A DNA stretch of 32,000 nt from Wolbachia endosymbiont of Cimex lectularius. GTDB taxonomy: Bacteria > Pseudomonadota > Alphaproteobacteria > Rickettsiales > Anaplasmataceae. The translations under genes and the position numbers were made by a program. Location: assembly GCF_000829315.1 (NCBI RefSeq), contig NZ_AP013028.1, positions 840,001 through 872,000 on the forward strand, written 5' to 3'. Positions 17,885-26,436 of this stretch are shown here, piece after piece; positions within the stretch are counted from its first letter, which is position 1, and every line of letters begins with the position of its first letter. The notes beneath the pieces were generated by a model, which searched no databases, was not told the origin of the DNA, and saw only the letters and a list, made by a program, of their open reading frames with translations.

Positions 17885-18744
17885 GAACCTGTTTAAAATC
17901 TTGGAAATGTGAGGTAAAGTAAGCATAGATTAATAATGAGGTGTCTATGCAGAAAAGTTATCCAAGTAATATAAGTCAAGAGCAGTTTGAAAAAATCAGG
18001 CCAATTTTGGAGAGTAGCAAGCAGAAAACAAAACCAAGAAAACTTGATTTGTATGACGTATTTTGTGGGGTGTTGTACGTCTTAAAAAGTGGTTGTCAGT
18101 GGAGGATGTTACCAAAGGGTTTTCCAAGATGGGAAAGCGTATATTACTATTTTCGAGTGTGGAGTAAAAAGAATGGAGAAGAGCCAAGCTTGTTGGAATT
18201 AGTCTTAAAAAAAATTAGTTGGAGAGGTCCGTATCAGCAATGGTCGGAAAGAGAAAACTAGCTTTTGTATAATTGATTCTCAAAGCGTTAAAAACGCAGA
18301 TACTGCTGAAAAAAAAGGCTATGATGCAGGTAAAAAGATTTCAGGGATAAAGCGCCATATTGCAGTTGATACACAAGGTTTGCCACATGCAATTTATGTA
18401 ACAACGGCAGAAGCAACTGACCGTAGCAGTGCTGTGAAAATGGTCGAAAATGCTAAAGCAAACCTCTCTGAAGTTAAAAACATACTGGTTGATGCTGGCT
18501 ACACAGGAGAAAATTTTGCAACACAAATAAAAGCTATCATTGGTGCGACTGTTGAAGTAATAAAGCGAAGTGAGTTACACACTTTCGTTGTATTGCCAAA
18601 AAGATGGGTTGTTGAACGCTCTTTTGCCTGGTTAGAAAAGTGCAGGCGATTGTGGAAAAATTGCGAGCGGAAGCTCAACACTAGCTTACAGATGATAGTC
18701 CTCTCCTTCATTTCTCTCCTGTTACGAAGATTTTAAACAGGTTC
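17885..18744 (+). mobile_element. IS5-family insertion sequence, copy 3 (860 bp)
   Basis: Same inverted repeats. TAA TSD at 17882-17884 and 18745-18747. One synonymous difference from copies 1 and 2 (TTCGTTGTA versus TTCGTCGTA). Confidence 0.95.
17941..18736 (+). CDS. IS5-family DDE transposase (orfA-orfB, -1 frameshift at A8 18207-18214)
   Basis: orfA spans 17941-18261. Slipping on the A8 tract gives a continuous DDE transposase ending at 18736. Confidence 0.9.
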
Positions 18745-18940
18745 TAACAAAGTACAAAGTAAGCTGAGTGAAATACAGGAACCAGAAAAAGCATCTTTAG
18801 TCAATGGCATACCACATACTGAATTGTAGTACCAACCTTTACCAGTGAAATTTGGTATAGGAATTTTTGAAAAATTGTCTAGCGGCTAGAATAATGAAGT
18901 TAAAAGTCTTGGAAGGCGTTTCAGCCAGTAAGATGTGTGA

Positions 18941-19609
18941 TCACCTGTATTTATAACCATCAACAATAAATTTAAATGGTATTATACCACTTAGAGCTGC
19001 CTGAGTATTGGACAAAGTAAAGCTGATATCAACAGTTTGATTCTCCACCTTCTTATTTTGTTCAGTTGTAAGAACTACAACAGCACTTCCGGCGAATGTG
19101 ACTAGGTCCTTGATTGGTCGGTCAATGGATAACTTTACTACATTTATGTTGAAAATTTTTCTCTTAGATAAAGACAGATCACTAGCTTCATTGCCCATTT
19201 TTTCTTGAAAACCCTGATAGACTTTATATATAGAGTTGTTTTGTATGAAATTTTCTCGGTATTCTAGCTCAATGACTCTACTAGATTCATATGTTTCAAC
19301 GTATTTACTTACTAAGTACCTGGCTATAGAAGTGTATTCATCATCTTCTTCATTAAAACTAAGCTTACGTATTACAGAGAACTCATCTTCTGTGTAATTC
19401 ACATATTTCACAAAATTTAAATCTCTTTTAATAGGGAACAACAGGTATATATTCAGTAGTAATAAACATAAACACACTAGGAGAAATGATACTATCGATA
19501 CCATCCAAGACCTTTCTGCTATACAAGATAGGTATCTATGACAGTACCATTCAATTGCTTTACTAAAATAACTCTTGTTTTTTACTGATTCGAGCAGCTT
19601 GTCTTCCAT
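18941..19609 (-). CDS. VirB8-like type IV secretion component (orphan paralogue)
   Basis: 222 aa with a short cytoplasmic N-terminus, one TM segment (MVSIVSFLLVCLCLLLLNIYLLF) and a periplasmic domain of about 165 aa. IARYLVSKYVETYES resembles the VirB8 FLxxYVxxREgY motif, and the C-terminal IIPFKFIVDGYKYR resembles NPLGFxVtsYr. Confidence 0.55.
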   Translation of the reverse strand: MEDKLLESVKNKSYFSKAIEWYCHRYLSCIAERSWMVSIVSFLLVCLCLLLLNIYLLFPIKRDLNFVKYVNYTEDEFSVIRKLSFNEEDDEYTSIARYLVSKYVETYESSRVIELEYRENFIQNNSIYKVYQGFQEKMGNEASDLSLSKRKIFNINVVKLSIDRPIKDLVTFAGSAVVVLTTEQNKKVENQTVDISFTLSNTQAALSGIIPFKFIVDGYKYR

Positions 19610-19658
19610 AATATAAAGCCCTATTGAATTATTATAACAACAATAAACCCTAAAAATT

Positions 19659-20474
19659 TCAAAATATATTTAAATTTTCTAAAACAGAATGAATAATTAT
19701 ATCACCTTGTTTCGCAATAAGGCAGAATTTATCAATTTTGCTCATATCCACATTTATCATCTTTACATCGAAATTTTCAGGATCATAGGTATTACCATCT
19801 GCACTTTTGTGGTAATTATAATAACGTAATTTATCTTGGTTGTCAAAATAACCAAATTCATCAGCGAGGGTTCCCACCTTTCTACCTCTATCACCTTTGA
19901 CTAGCCCAAATAAATCCGCTGCATGGTTTTGAGACCCAGGCTCAACAGCTCCCTCCATAGCAAAAAACTTAGGTGCATGACCAACAAGCTCCTTAAGTTT
20001 TAGGTTATGGGTCTTTTTCACACTACCAAAATCCACAAATTTATATTCATCTGAAACACCAGAATATTGTGGATCATATTTTTTATATTCAAAAAACTCA
20101 CTACCTAAAACGTTGCAAAACGTTAACTTATAATCACCGTCATTCAATTCAACAACTTTAAGGTAATGAAAATCTCGAGGAATTTTTACCTCCTCTTCCG
20201 TAATATAATTGCGTACAACTAGCTCACCACCGAGCATGTGATAGCCAATTTTTGGCAAAGTAGCTATATTAATTGTTTTGTTTAGCTTAAAATTCGCTTC
20301 ATAAATACCATTTGACAGCTCCTTTCCTTTTTCTAAGGTTACGTCCTGGTCTAGAGCTATATTCTTAATTAAACTTAATTCTTTCTGCATGTTCAGCATA
20401 GCTTTCGTCAAAACTTCTATCGATTGCCACACAGTTAATTTATCATCAGTCAAACCATGTACTTCAAATATCAA
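19659..20474 (-). CDS. hypothetical protein (271 aa)
   Basis: Long ORF with a TTG start, same strand as the VirB8-like gene and 49 nt upstream of it. No motif recognised. Confidence 0.5.
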   Translation of the reverse strand: MIFEVHGLTDDKLTVWQSIEVLTKAMLNMQKELSLIKNIALDQDVTLEKGKELSNGIYEANFKLNKTINIATLPKIGYHMLGGELVVRNYITEEEVKIPRDFHYLKVVELNDGDYKLTFCNVLGSEFFEYKKYDPQYSGVSDEYKFVDFGSVKKTHNLKLKELVGHAPKFFAMEGAVEPGSQNHAADLFGLVKGDRGRKVGTLADEFGYFDNQDKLRYYNYHKSADGNTYDPENFDVKMINVDMSKIDKFCLIAKQGDIIIHSVLENLNIF

Positions 20475-20517
20475 ATTGACAGTATTTTATCACAAATTTA
20501 TGCTAAAAGTATTATGC

Positions 20518-21348
20518 TCAGTGGACTGACGCTATGATATTAATCGCATTAGCTAGAACATGCTTTTTATCTAAGTGGAGTTGCTTAGCAGCAACAAAAA
20601 GTTCATCTATTTTTTTCCACTTACTTAGCAAAATTTCAACGCCATTTACCTCTCCTTTTATTTTGTCTAAAACGAAGGCTTGAATTATATATGATGCTAG
20701 TTCTAGCTCGATTTCGCTGTTTATTACTTTATTAATTACTTCGGGGTTATTTAAATTACGAAGGAACGTATAAAAGCATTTGTATGATTCATAGGTATCG
20801 CTACTTATAGCATTTATTATCATTCCTGGCGTTCCAGGGAATAAGGTAATAATTTCATCGAATGTTTGGTCATCAAATTTACATTGAGATGAAACGATTT
20901 GCTTCGTTTCATCATAAGTCAGCGGCAGTAAATTTAGCTGAAAGCACCTACATTTGATAGTGGTTTGTATATTGTATGGCTTGTGGCTAATTATGAATAT
21001 TTTAGAGTTCTTTGGCGGCTCTTCTAATATTTTTAATATCGCATTTTTAGCGTTGTTCGTCATTGCTTCTAAGCTATCTATCACGGCTATCTTGTATTCT
21101 GATTGAATAGGGCTTAAGTACAGAAAATTTTTCATTTCTCTCACCTTTTCTACTCCTATTGTGTCACCCTCAACAATGTGCAAATCCAACGCTACTTCAT
21201 CATAGTTTTTTATAAGAAACCAATTAGAAAAGGATTTTACGAGTGTTGCTTTTCCTATCCCCTTTTTACCACAGACCAGCCAAGATTGAACAGACAAGTT
21301 GTCCATTAACTTTTTTTTGGCTTGATCATGACCTATTACTTTTTTCAT
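20518..21348 (-). CDS. holB: DNA polymerase III subunit delta prime
   Basis: AAA+ clamp-loader pattern: GHDQAKKKL..WLVCGKKGIGKATL (Walker A-like), KIAVIDSLEAM, ILKILEEPP. ATG at 21348 behind AGGAGA is preferred to TTG at 21369. Confidence 0.85.
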   Translation of the reverse strand: MKKVIGHDQAKKKLMDNLSVQSWLVCGKKGIGKATLVKSFSNWFLIKNYDEVALDLHIVEGDTIGVEKVREMKNFLYLSPIQSEYKIAVIDSLEAMTNNAKNAILKILEEPPKNSKIFIISHKPYNIQTTIKCRCFQLNLLPLTYDETKQIVSSQCKFDDQTFDEIITLFPGTPGMIINAISSDTYESYKCFYTFLRNLNNPEVINKVINSEIELELASYIIQAFVLDKIKGEVNGVEILLSKWKKIDELFVAAKQLHLDKKHVLANAINIIASVH

Positions 21349-21946
21349 TCTTTCTCCTATGGACCTCAATCTGGAAGCATATTACTTGAAGTGAAACTGC
21401 ACCCCCTCTTAAAATCTTAATCTTATCTCCAGTTAAGTCAATAACAGTAGATTCTATGCCGGAAACTAATTTATCATCTTCAATTACCGCAGACAGATGT
21501 TGCTTAATAGATTGAGGTATATCGCTTGCTTTGTATACACTTTTTTCTCCTGAAATATTGATACTAGTTGCAACTATTGGAGCTTTCAGCTCATTTAGTA
21601 TTGAAATTGCAGTAGGATGATTGGGAATTCTTACGCCTATGCTGCCTTTAAAAAATTCATTTGGTAATATGTTATTACTTTTAAGCGGTAAGATATAGGT
21701 AATCGGTTCGGGAGAGAAGTGGTTTACTAAACTAATATATTTTTCTTCTAGCTCTGCTATTTTTGTCAAACTGTAAAGATCATTAATGAGTATAGATAGT
21801 GGTTTATTTTGAGAACGCTTCTTTATCTGGTATATTCTCTTTATAGCTCCACTATCTAGCGCACTACAAGCAAGAGCATAAACTGTCTCTGTTGGAAAAC
21901 ACACTAACAAGTTATTCTGTATTGCATTTATTATTTCAGATATCAT
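21326..21946 (-). CDS. tsaC: L-threonylcarbamoyladenylate synthase (YrdC/TsaC family)
   Basis: 206-aa ORF with YrdC-domain motifs FPTETVYALACSA and KKRSQNKPLSILI. Confidence 0.8.
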   Translation of the reverse strand: MISEIINAIQNNLLVCFPTETVYALACSALDSGAIKRIYQIKKRSQNKPLSILINDLYSLTKIAELEEKYISLVNHFSPEPITYILPLKSNNILPNEFFKGSIGVRIPNHPTAISILNELKAPIVATSINISGEKSVYKASDIPQSIKQHLSAVIEDDKLVSGIESTVIDLTGDKIKILRGGAVSLQVICFQIEVHRRKNEKSNRS

Positions 21947-22180
21947 ATAGCTAAAAACTTACATTCATATTACGGCATAAGAAATAAACAATTTTACGTA
22001 ATCGTTTCAATACTAACTTTTTTCTGGCATATTTTTCTTCAGCGGTTAAACTGCTATCTTATAATGAATTTTGTCAGTAGTCACTAAGTTTTTTACTTGC
22101 CATTCAAACTGAGCCACCACAACTGTACGAACACTTGTTTTACCAGTGTAACGTGCACAACAAGGATATCATGAAAGCAG

Positions 22181-22321
22181 TCCTCCTCCTGTTATCTTAG
22201 CACTTTTTCTCCCGTCATTCCAGTGCCTTCTCCTGTCATTCAAGCAACCCATTTCTTGTCACCTCAGCACCTCCTCCTATCATCCCAGCGCCTCCTTTTT
22301 TTGTCATTCCAGCGCGTGACG
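22181..22321 (+). repeat. array of about 6 degenerate 21-25-bp half-palindrome units (GTCATYCCAGYGC type)
   Basis: Successive units contain GTTATCTTAGCAC, GTCATTCCAGTGCC, GTCATTCAAGCAAC, GTCACCTCAGCAC, ATCATCCCAGCGCC and GTCATTCCAGCGCG. Two inverted units follow the MITE at 22551-22600. Confidence 0.7.
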
Positions 22322-22550
22322 CACAATTGTACGAACATTGCAATTAGCAGGTAATTTGCGTAACAGACGGTGTCATCCCAGTGCTCCGACACTGGGATTA
22401 GGTCTTTCCATAATCATTAAAACGTCGTATTTTAACATAAAACAGCTACTTTTTACACTCACCAACTTAATAAAATTCCTGGATGCCAGTGTCAGCTACT
22501 TGCATGACACCCTAGTGGTAGGCTCAAATCACAATGTTCGTACAGTTGTG
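22322..22550. mobile_element. MITE-like element M1 (229 bp, 19-bp terminal inverted repeats)
   Basis: CACAATTGTACGAACATTG at 22322-22340 versus CAATGTTCGTACAGTTGTG at 22532-22550. The interior is nearly identical to 29927-30154 and has two internal hairpins. It has no coding capacity. Confidence 0.75.
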
Positions 22551-22633
22551 TGTCAAGCACTAGGATGACGGGAGAAGGGACGCTGGAATGACACCACTTG
22601 TTGTAAAAATAAATGTTCGTTCATGAATTGCTT

Positions 22634-22866
22634 TAATATTTAAGAAATTTACTAAATGGAGAAAAAAGCAAAAGAAGCCCTGGTCGGTATTTATTTTTAG
22701 TATCGGCGTTTTTATGTCTTAAACGCTGCAATTTAGCTACTTTTAAACGCAACTAGTCTAAGCTATAATATTTAAGAAATTTACTAGACAGAAGAAAAGG
22801 ACAATAAAACCCCGAGGTAGCTAGTTATTCCACTCTCTATTTTAAAATCCGGCGTTGGGTGATGTC
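22634..22866 (-). repeat. sub-unit repeat, copy D (two sub-units only), truncated by IS copy 4
   Basis: Its reverse complement closely matches 25955-26192 of copy C. The promoter and core part is absent, and the IS abuts at the TTA at 22867-22869. Confidence 0.8.
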
Positions 22867-22869
22867 TTA

Positions 22870-23729
22870 GAACCTGTTTAAAATCTTGGAAATGTGAGGT
22901 AAAGTAAGCATAGATTAATAATGAGGTGTCTATGCAGAAAAGTTATCCAAGTAATATAAGTCAAGAGCAGTTTGAAAAAATCAGGCCAATTTTGGAGAGT
23001 AGCAAGCAGAAAACAAAACCAAGAAAACTTGATTTGTATGACGTATTTTGTGGGGTGTTGTACGTCTTAAAAAGTGGTTGTCAGTGGAGGATGTTACCAA
23101 AGGGTTTTCCAAGATGGGAAAGCGTATATTACTATTTTCGAGTGTGGAGTAAAAAGAATGGAGAAGAGCCAAGCTTGTTGGAATTAGTCTTAAAAAAAAT
23201 TAGTTGGAGAGGTCCGTATCAGCAATGGTCGGAAAGAGAAAACTAGCTTTTGTATAATTGATTCTCAAAGCGTTAAAAACGCAGATACTGCTGAAAAAAA
23301 AAGGCTATGATGCAGGTAAAAAGATTTCAGGGATAAAGCGCCATATTGCAGTTGATACACAAGGTTTGCCACATGCAATTTATGTAACAACGGCAGAAGC
23401 AACTGACCGTAGCAGTGCTGTGAAAATGGTCGAAAATGCTAAAGCAAACCTCTCTGAAGTTAAAAACATACTGGTTGATGCTGGCTACACAGGAGAAAAT
23501 TTTGCAACACAAATAAAAGCTATCATTGGTGCGACTGTTGAAGTAATAAGCGAAGTGAGTTACACACTTTCGTCGTATTGCCAAAAAGATGGGTTGTTGA
23601 ACGCTCTTTTGCCTGGTTAGAAAAGTGCAGGCGATTGTGGAAAAATTGCGAGCGGAAGCTCAACACTAGCTTACAGATGATAGTCCTCTCCTTCATTTCT
23701 CTCCTGTTACGAAGATTTTAAACAGGTTC
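22870..23729 (+). mobile_element. IS5-family insertion sequence, copy 4 (860 bp, degenerate)
   Basis: Same inverted repeats. The flanking triplets differ (TTA at 22867-22869, TAA at 23730-23732). Confidence 0.95.
22926..23721 (+). pseudogene. IS5-family transposase, inactivated by two indels
   Basis: Relative to copies 1-3, the GCTGAAAAAAAAGGC tract has A9 instead of A8 (about 23294-23302), and GTAATAAAGCG has become GTAATAAGCG (about 23545). Both changes break the orfB frame. Confidence 0.85.
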
Positions 23730-23732
23730 TAA

Positions 23733-24678
23733 GTAGTAGAGATATTAAGAACACCATCACTAGAATTACAGGTGCACCTTGTAGGTCTGAATTTGACGAT
23801 ATACAAAGAGTACAATCTTTAAAAGGCAACCTCAAAAAGGTCATTTTTGGTCAAGAGCAAGCAATAGAATCTCTCGTCGGTTCTATTAAAATTGCTAAAT
23901 CTGGATTGAGAAATTACAATAAACCCCTAGCAAACTATCTTTTTGCAGGACCAACTGGTGTTGGTAAAACTGAACTTGCAAAACAGTTAGCAAAAAGTAT
24001 GGGTATGAACCTCATACAATATCAAGAATAATTGGCTCTCCTCCTGGATATATAGGTTATGACCAAGGTGGATTGCTTACAGAAGCCGTTTCTAATAATC
24101 AGTATAGTGTTGTGCTTCTTGATGAAATTGAAAAAGCTCACAGTGATATTTATAACATATTGCTGCAAATCATGGATTATGGTTGCATTACAGACACTTA
24201 CGGACGTAAAGTTAACTTTTCCAATGTTATCTTGATCATGACAACCAATACAGGAGCGTTTGAACGCAGCAAAAGCTCTATTAGCTTTGGACACAAAAAT
24301 TTTAACATCAGTGATAGCGAAAAAGCAATAGAGCGGGTTTTTAGCCCTGAATTTCGTAATCGTCTTGATGCAGTTATTTCCTTTTCTAACTTAAATATGG
24401 ATGTGATTTTGTATATTGTAGATAAATTCATTCAGGAGCTGAGGAAACAACTCACACAGAAAGGCATAAGCTGTTTAGTAGAAGATGAAGTAAAGTCTTA
24501 TCTTGCACAAACAGGTTACTGCAAGGAAATGGGGGCACGCCCGATAGAGAGACTGATCGAGAAGAAAATAAAAAGTCACTTAGCTGAAGAAATACTGAAC
24601 CGTCGACTAATTAAAGGAAAGAAGCCGAGAATTTACATGGATAAAAAAGAAAATAAAATTGCTTTTGATATAACTTAA
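23733..24678 (+). pseudogene. clpA: ATP-dependent Clp protease ATP-binding subunit ClpA, C-terminal half only, with an internal deletion
   Basis: Begins directly at the IS end with ..ITGAPCRSEFDDIQRVQSLKGNLKKVIFGQEQAIESL..FAGPTGVGKTEL (the D2 Walker A). The frame breaks at about 24020-24031, between GMNLIQY and SRIIGSPPGYIGYDQGGLLTEAV. The expected segment of about 11 residues (DMSEYMEKH.V in E. coli-type ClpA) is missing. Confidence 0.85.
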
Positions 24679-24739
24679 AATTCTTGTATTGAGTTTCATC
24701 TTTGTTATAATTTATAACTTAAATTTAAATTGAGTTATA

Positions 24740-25642
24740 GTGATAATAAGCGATAAAGTAAAACAAATCCTAAGCTACTACGAAAGTGAAAGTCCTGGGG
24801 TAAAAGCAAACCTCACTCGTATTCTCATACATGGAAAACTTGGTGGCACTGGCAAATTGGTGATTCTCCCCGTAGATCAAGGATTTGAACACGGACCGAT
24901 AAAAAGTTTTGAAGTTAATCCTGATGCTTATGACCCACATTATCATTTTCAACTTGCACTTGATTCAGGAGTAAGTGCGTATGCTGCTCCACTTGGCATG
25001 ATTGAAGCTGGCGCTTCAACTTACGCTGGAATGCTGCCGCTCATTTTAAAACTTAATAGCTCCAATTCTTTGCATTCAAAAAGTCTCACTTCTGATCAAG
25101 CAATAACCGCCTCTGTGAAAGATGCGCTGCGTTTAGGTTGCACAGCCGTTGGATTTACTATATATCCTGGTTCTGCTAAGTGTTTTGATATGATAGAAGA
25201 GGCTCGTGAAATCATTGCTGAGGCTAAGTCCTGTGGGCTTGCAGTAGTGCTATGGTCTTACCCACGAGGTGAGGGAATTTCCAAAGAAGGTGAAACAGCA
25301 GTTGATGTTATTGCTTATGCTGCGCACATAGCAGCTTTACTTGGTGCTAACATAATAAAAGTAAAACTCCCTACTAACCAATTGGAAAAAGAAAAAATAG
25401 AAGTGGGAAATATTGAGTCGTTATCCAAAAGAATTGAATATATCAAGAAATCTTGCTTTGCAGGGAAAAGAATAGTAGTTTTTTCTGGCGGTGAGTCAAA
25501 GTCGATGAATGATATACGCAATGAGGCAAAAGAAATTAAGCAAGGAGGCGGTAATGGTTCAATCATTGGGCGCAACACTTTTCAACAAAAAAGAGAAGAA
25601 GCTTTATCTATGCTAAAAGATATCATGGATATCTACATGTAA
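24740..25642 (+). CDS. fbaB: class I fructose-bisphosphate aldolase (DhnA/FbaB family)
   Basis: 300-aa ORF reading GKLVILPVDQGFEHGP, with IIKVKLP as a candidate for the Schiff-base lysine region, and GGxGxIxGRN near the C-terminus. Confidence 0.8.
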   Translation: MIISDKVKQILSYYESESPGVKANLTRILIHGKLGGTGKLVILPVDQGFEHGPIKSFEVNPDAYDPHYHFQLALDSGVSAYAAPLGMIEAGASTYAGMLPLILKLNSSNSLHSKSLTSDQAITASVKDALRLGCTAVGFTIYPGSAKCFDMIEEAREIIAEAKSCGLAVVLWSYPRGEGISKEGETAVDVIAYAAHIAALLGANIIKVKLPTNQLEKEKIEVGNIESLSKRIEYIKKSCFAGKRIVVFSGGESKSMNDIRNEAKEIKQGGGNGSIIGRNTFQQKREEALSMLKDIMDIYM

Positions 25643-25647
25643 AAAAC

Positions 25648-25719
25648 GGCTGGGTGGCAGAATGGTTTATGCGGAGGACTGCAAATCCTTTTATACCGGT
25701 TCAATTCCGGTCCCGGCCT
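25648..25719 (+). tRNA. tRNA-Cys (GCA)
   Basis: Hand-folded cloverleaf. Acceptor GGCTGGG/CCCGGCC (one G-U pair), anticodon stem GAGGA/TCCTT, loop CTGCAAA, T arm ACCGG-TTCAATT-CCGGT. 72 nt, with no encoded CCA. Confidence 0.9.
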
Positions 25720-25745
25720 CTCCTTATAAAAGTTATAACGTCATC

Positions 25746-26192
25746 CAATAGAAACAAAAAAACTACTTGACAACCTTCACCAACCCCCCTTATAATGACA
25801 CTGAAGCTATTTGTTTAATTTCCCAATCTGTGCAGGTTAAAATGACAAGAAAGCTCGTATTTGGCGTACTATTGTTTAATTTTTCGCACTATGTACACTG
25901 CATGTCTTTTTAAAACTACGGGTTTTTACCCATACAAGCTGAAACGCGCTTATAAGTCGTTTAAGACATCACCCAACGCCGGATTTTAAAATAGAGAGTG
26001 GAATAACTAGCTACCTCAGGGTTTTATTGTCTTCTTTTTCTGCCTGGTAAATTTCTTAAATATTATAGTTTAGACTAGTTGCGTTTAAAAGCAGCTAAAT
26101 TGCAGCGTTTAAGGCATAAAAACGCCAATACTAAAAATAAATACCGACCAGGGCTTCTTTTGCTTTTTTTCTCGCTTGGTAAATTTCTTAAA
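25746..26192 (+). repeat. promoter-core-subunit repeat, copy C (full length, two sub-units)
   Basis: Starts 27 nt after tRNA-Cys and aligns with copies A, B and D. Lies about 245 nt upstream of the 388-aa repeat-protein gene, in the same orientation. Confidence 0.8.
25767..25796 (+). promoter_or_regulatory. consensus sigma70-like promoter of repeat copy C
   Basis: TTGACA (25767-25772), an 18-nt spacer, then TATAAT (25791-25796). An A-rich tract lies upstream. Confidence 0.55.
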
Positions 26193-26436
26193 CATAGAGG
26201 TTGTTGAATGCAACCTCCACAGGAAAGGATGTCATAAAAGTAGTAGATACTGGCCACTTTTAACCGCAAGTTACCTGTAATTGCAATGTTCATGTGTCGC
26301 ACTACTTGCATAGCAGAGCAACGCAAGCTTATGCGAATGATATCTATTATTGTAATTATAGTATATACTAGTTTAGCAATAAATTAACTAATAGACATTA
26401 TAATATTGATAATTGTAAATTTATTGAGAGATTTTT

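Noticed and set aside
22338-22568. 76-aa ORF within MITE M1.
   Set aside because: It runs through the palindromic hairpins and ends in the flanking repeat. The equivalent frame is not preserved in M2.
26075-26326. 83-aa minus-strand ORF downstream of repeat copy C.
   Set aside because: It lies across repeat sub-units and a solo MITE end, and no coding signal is visible.
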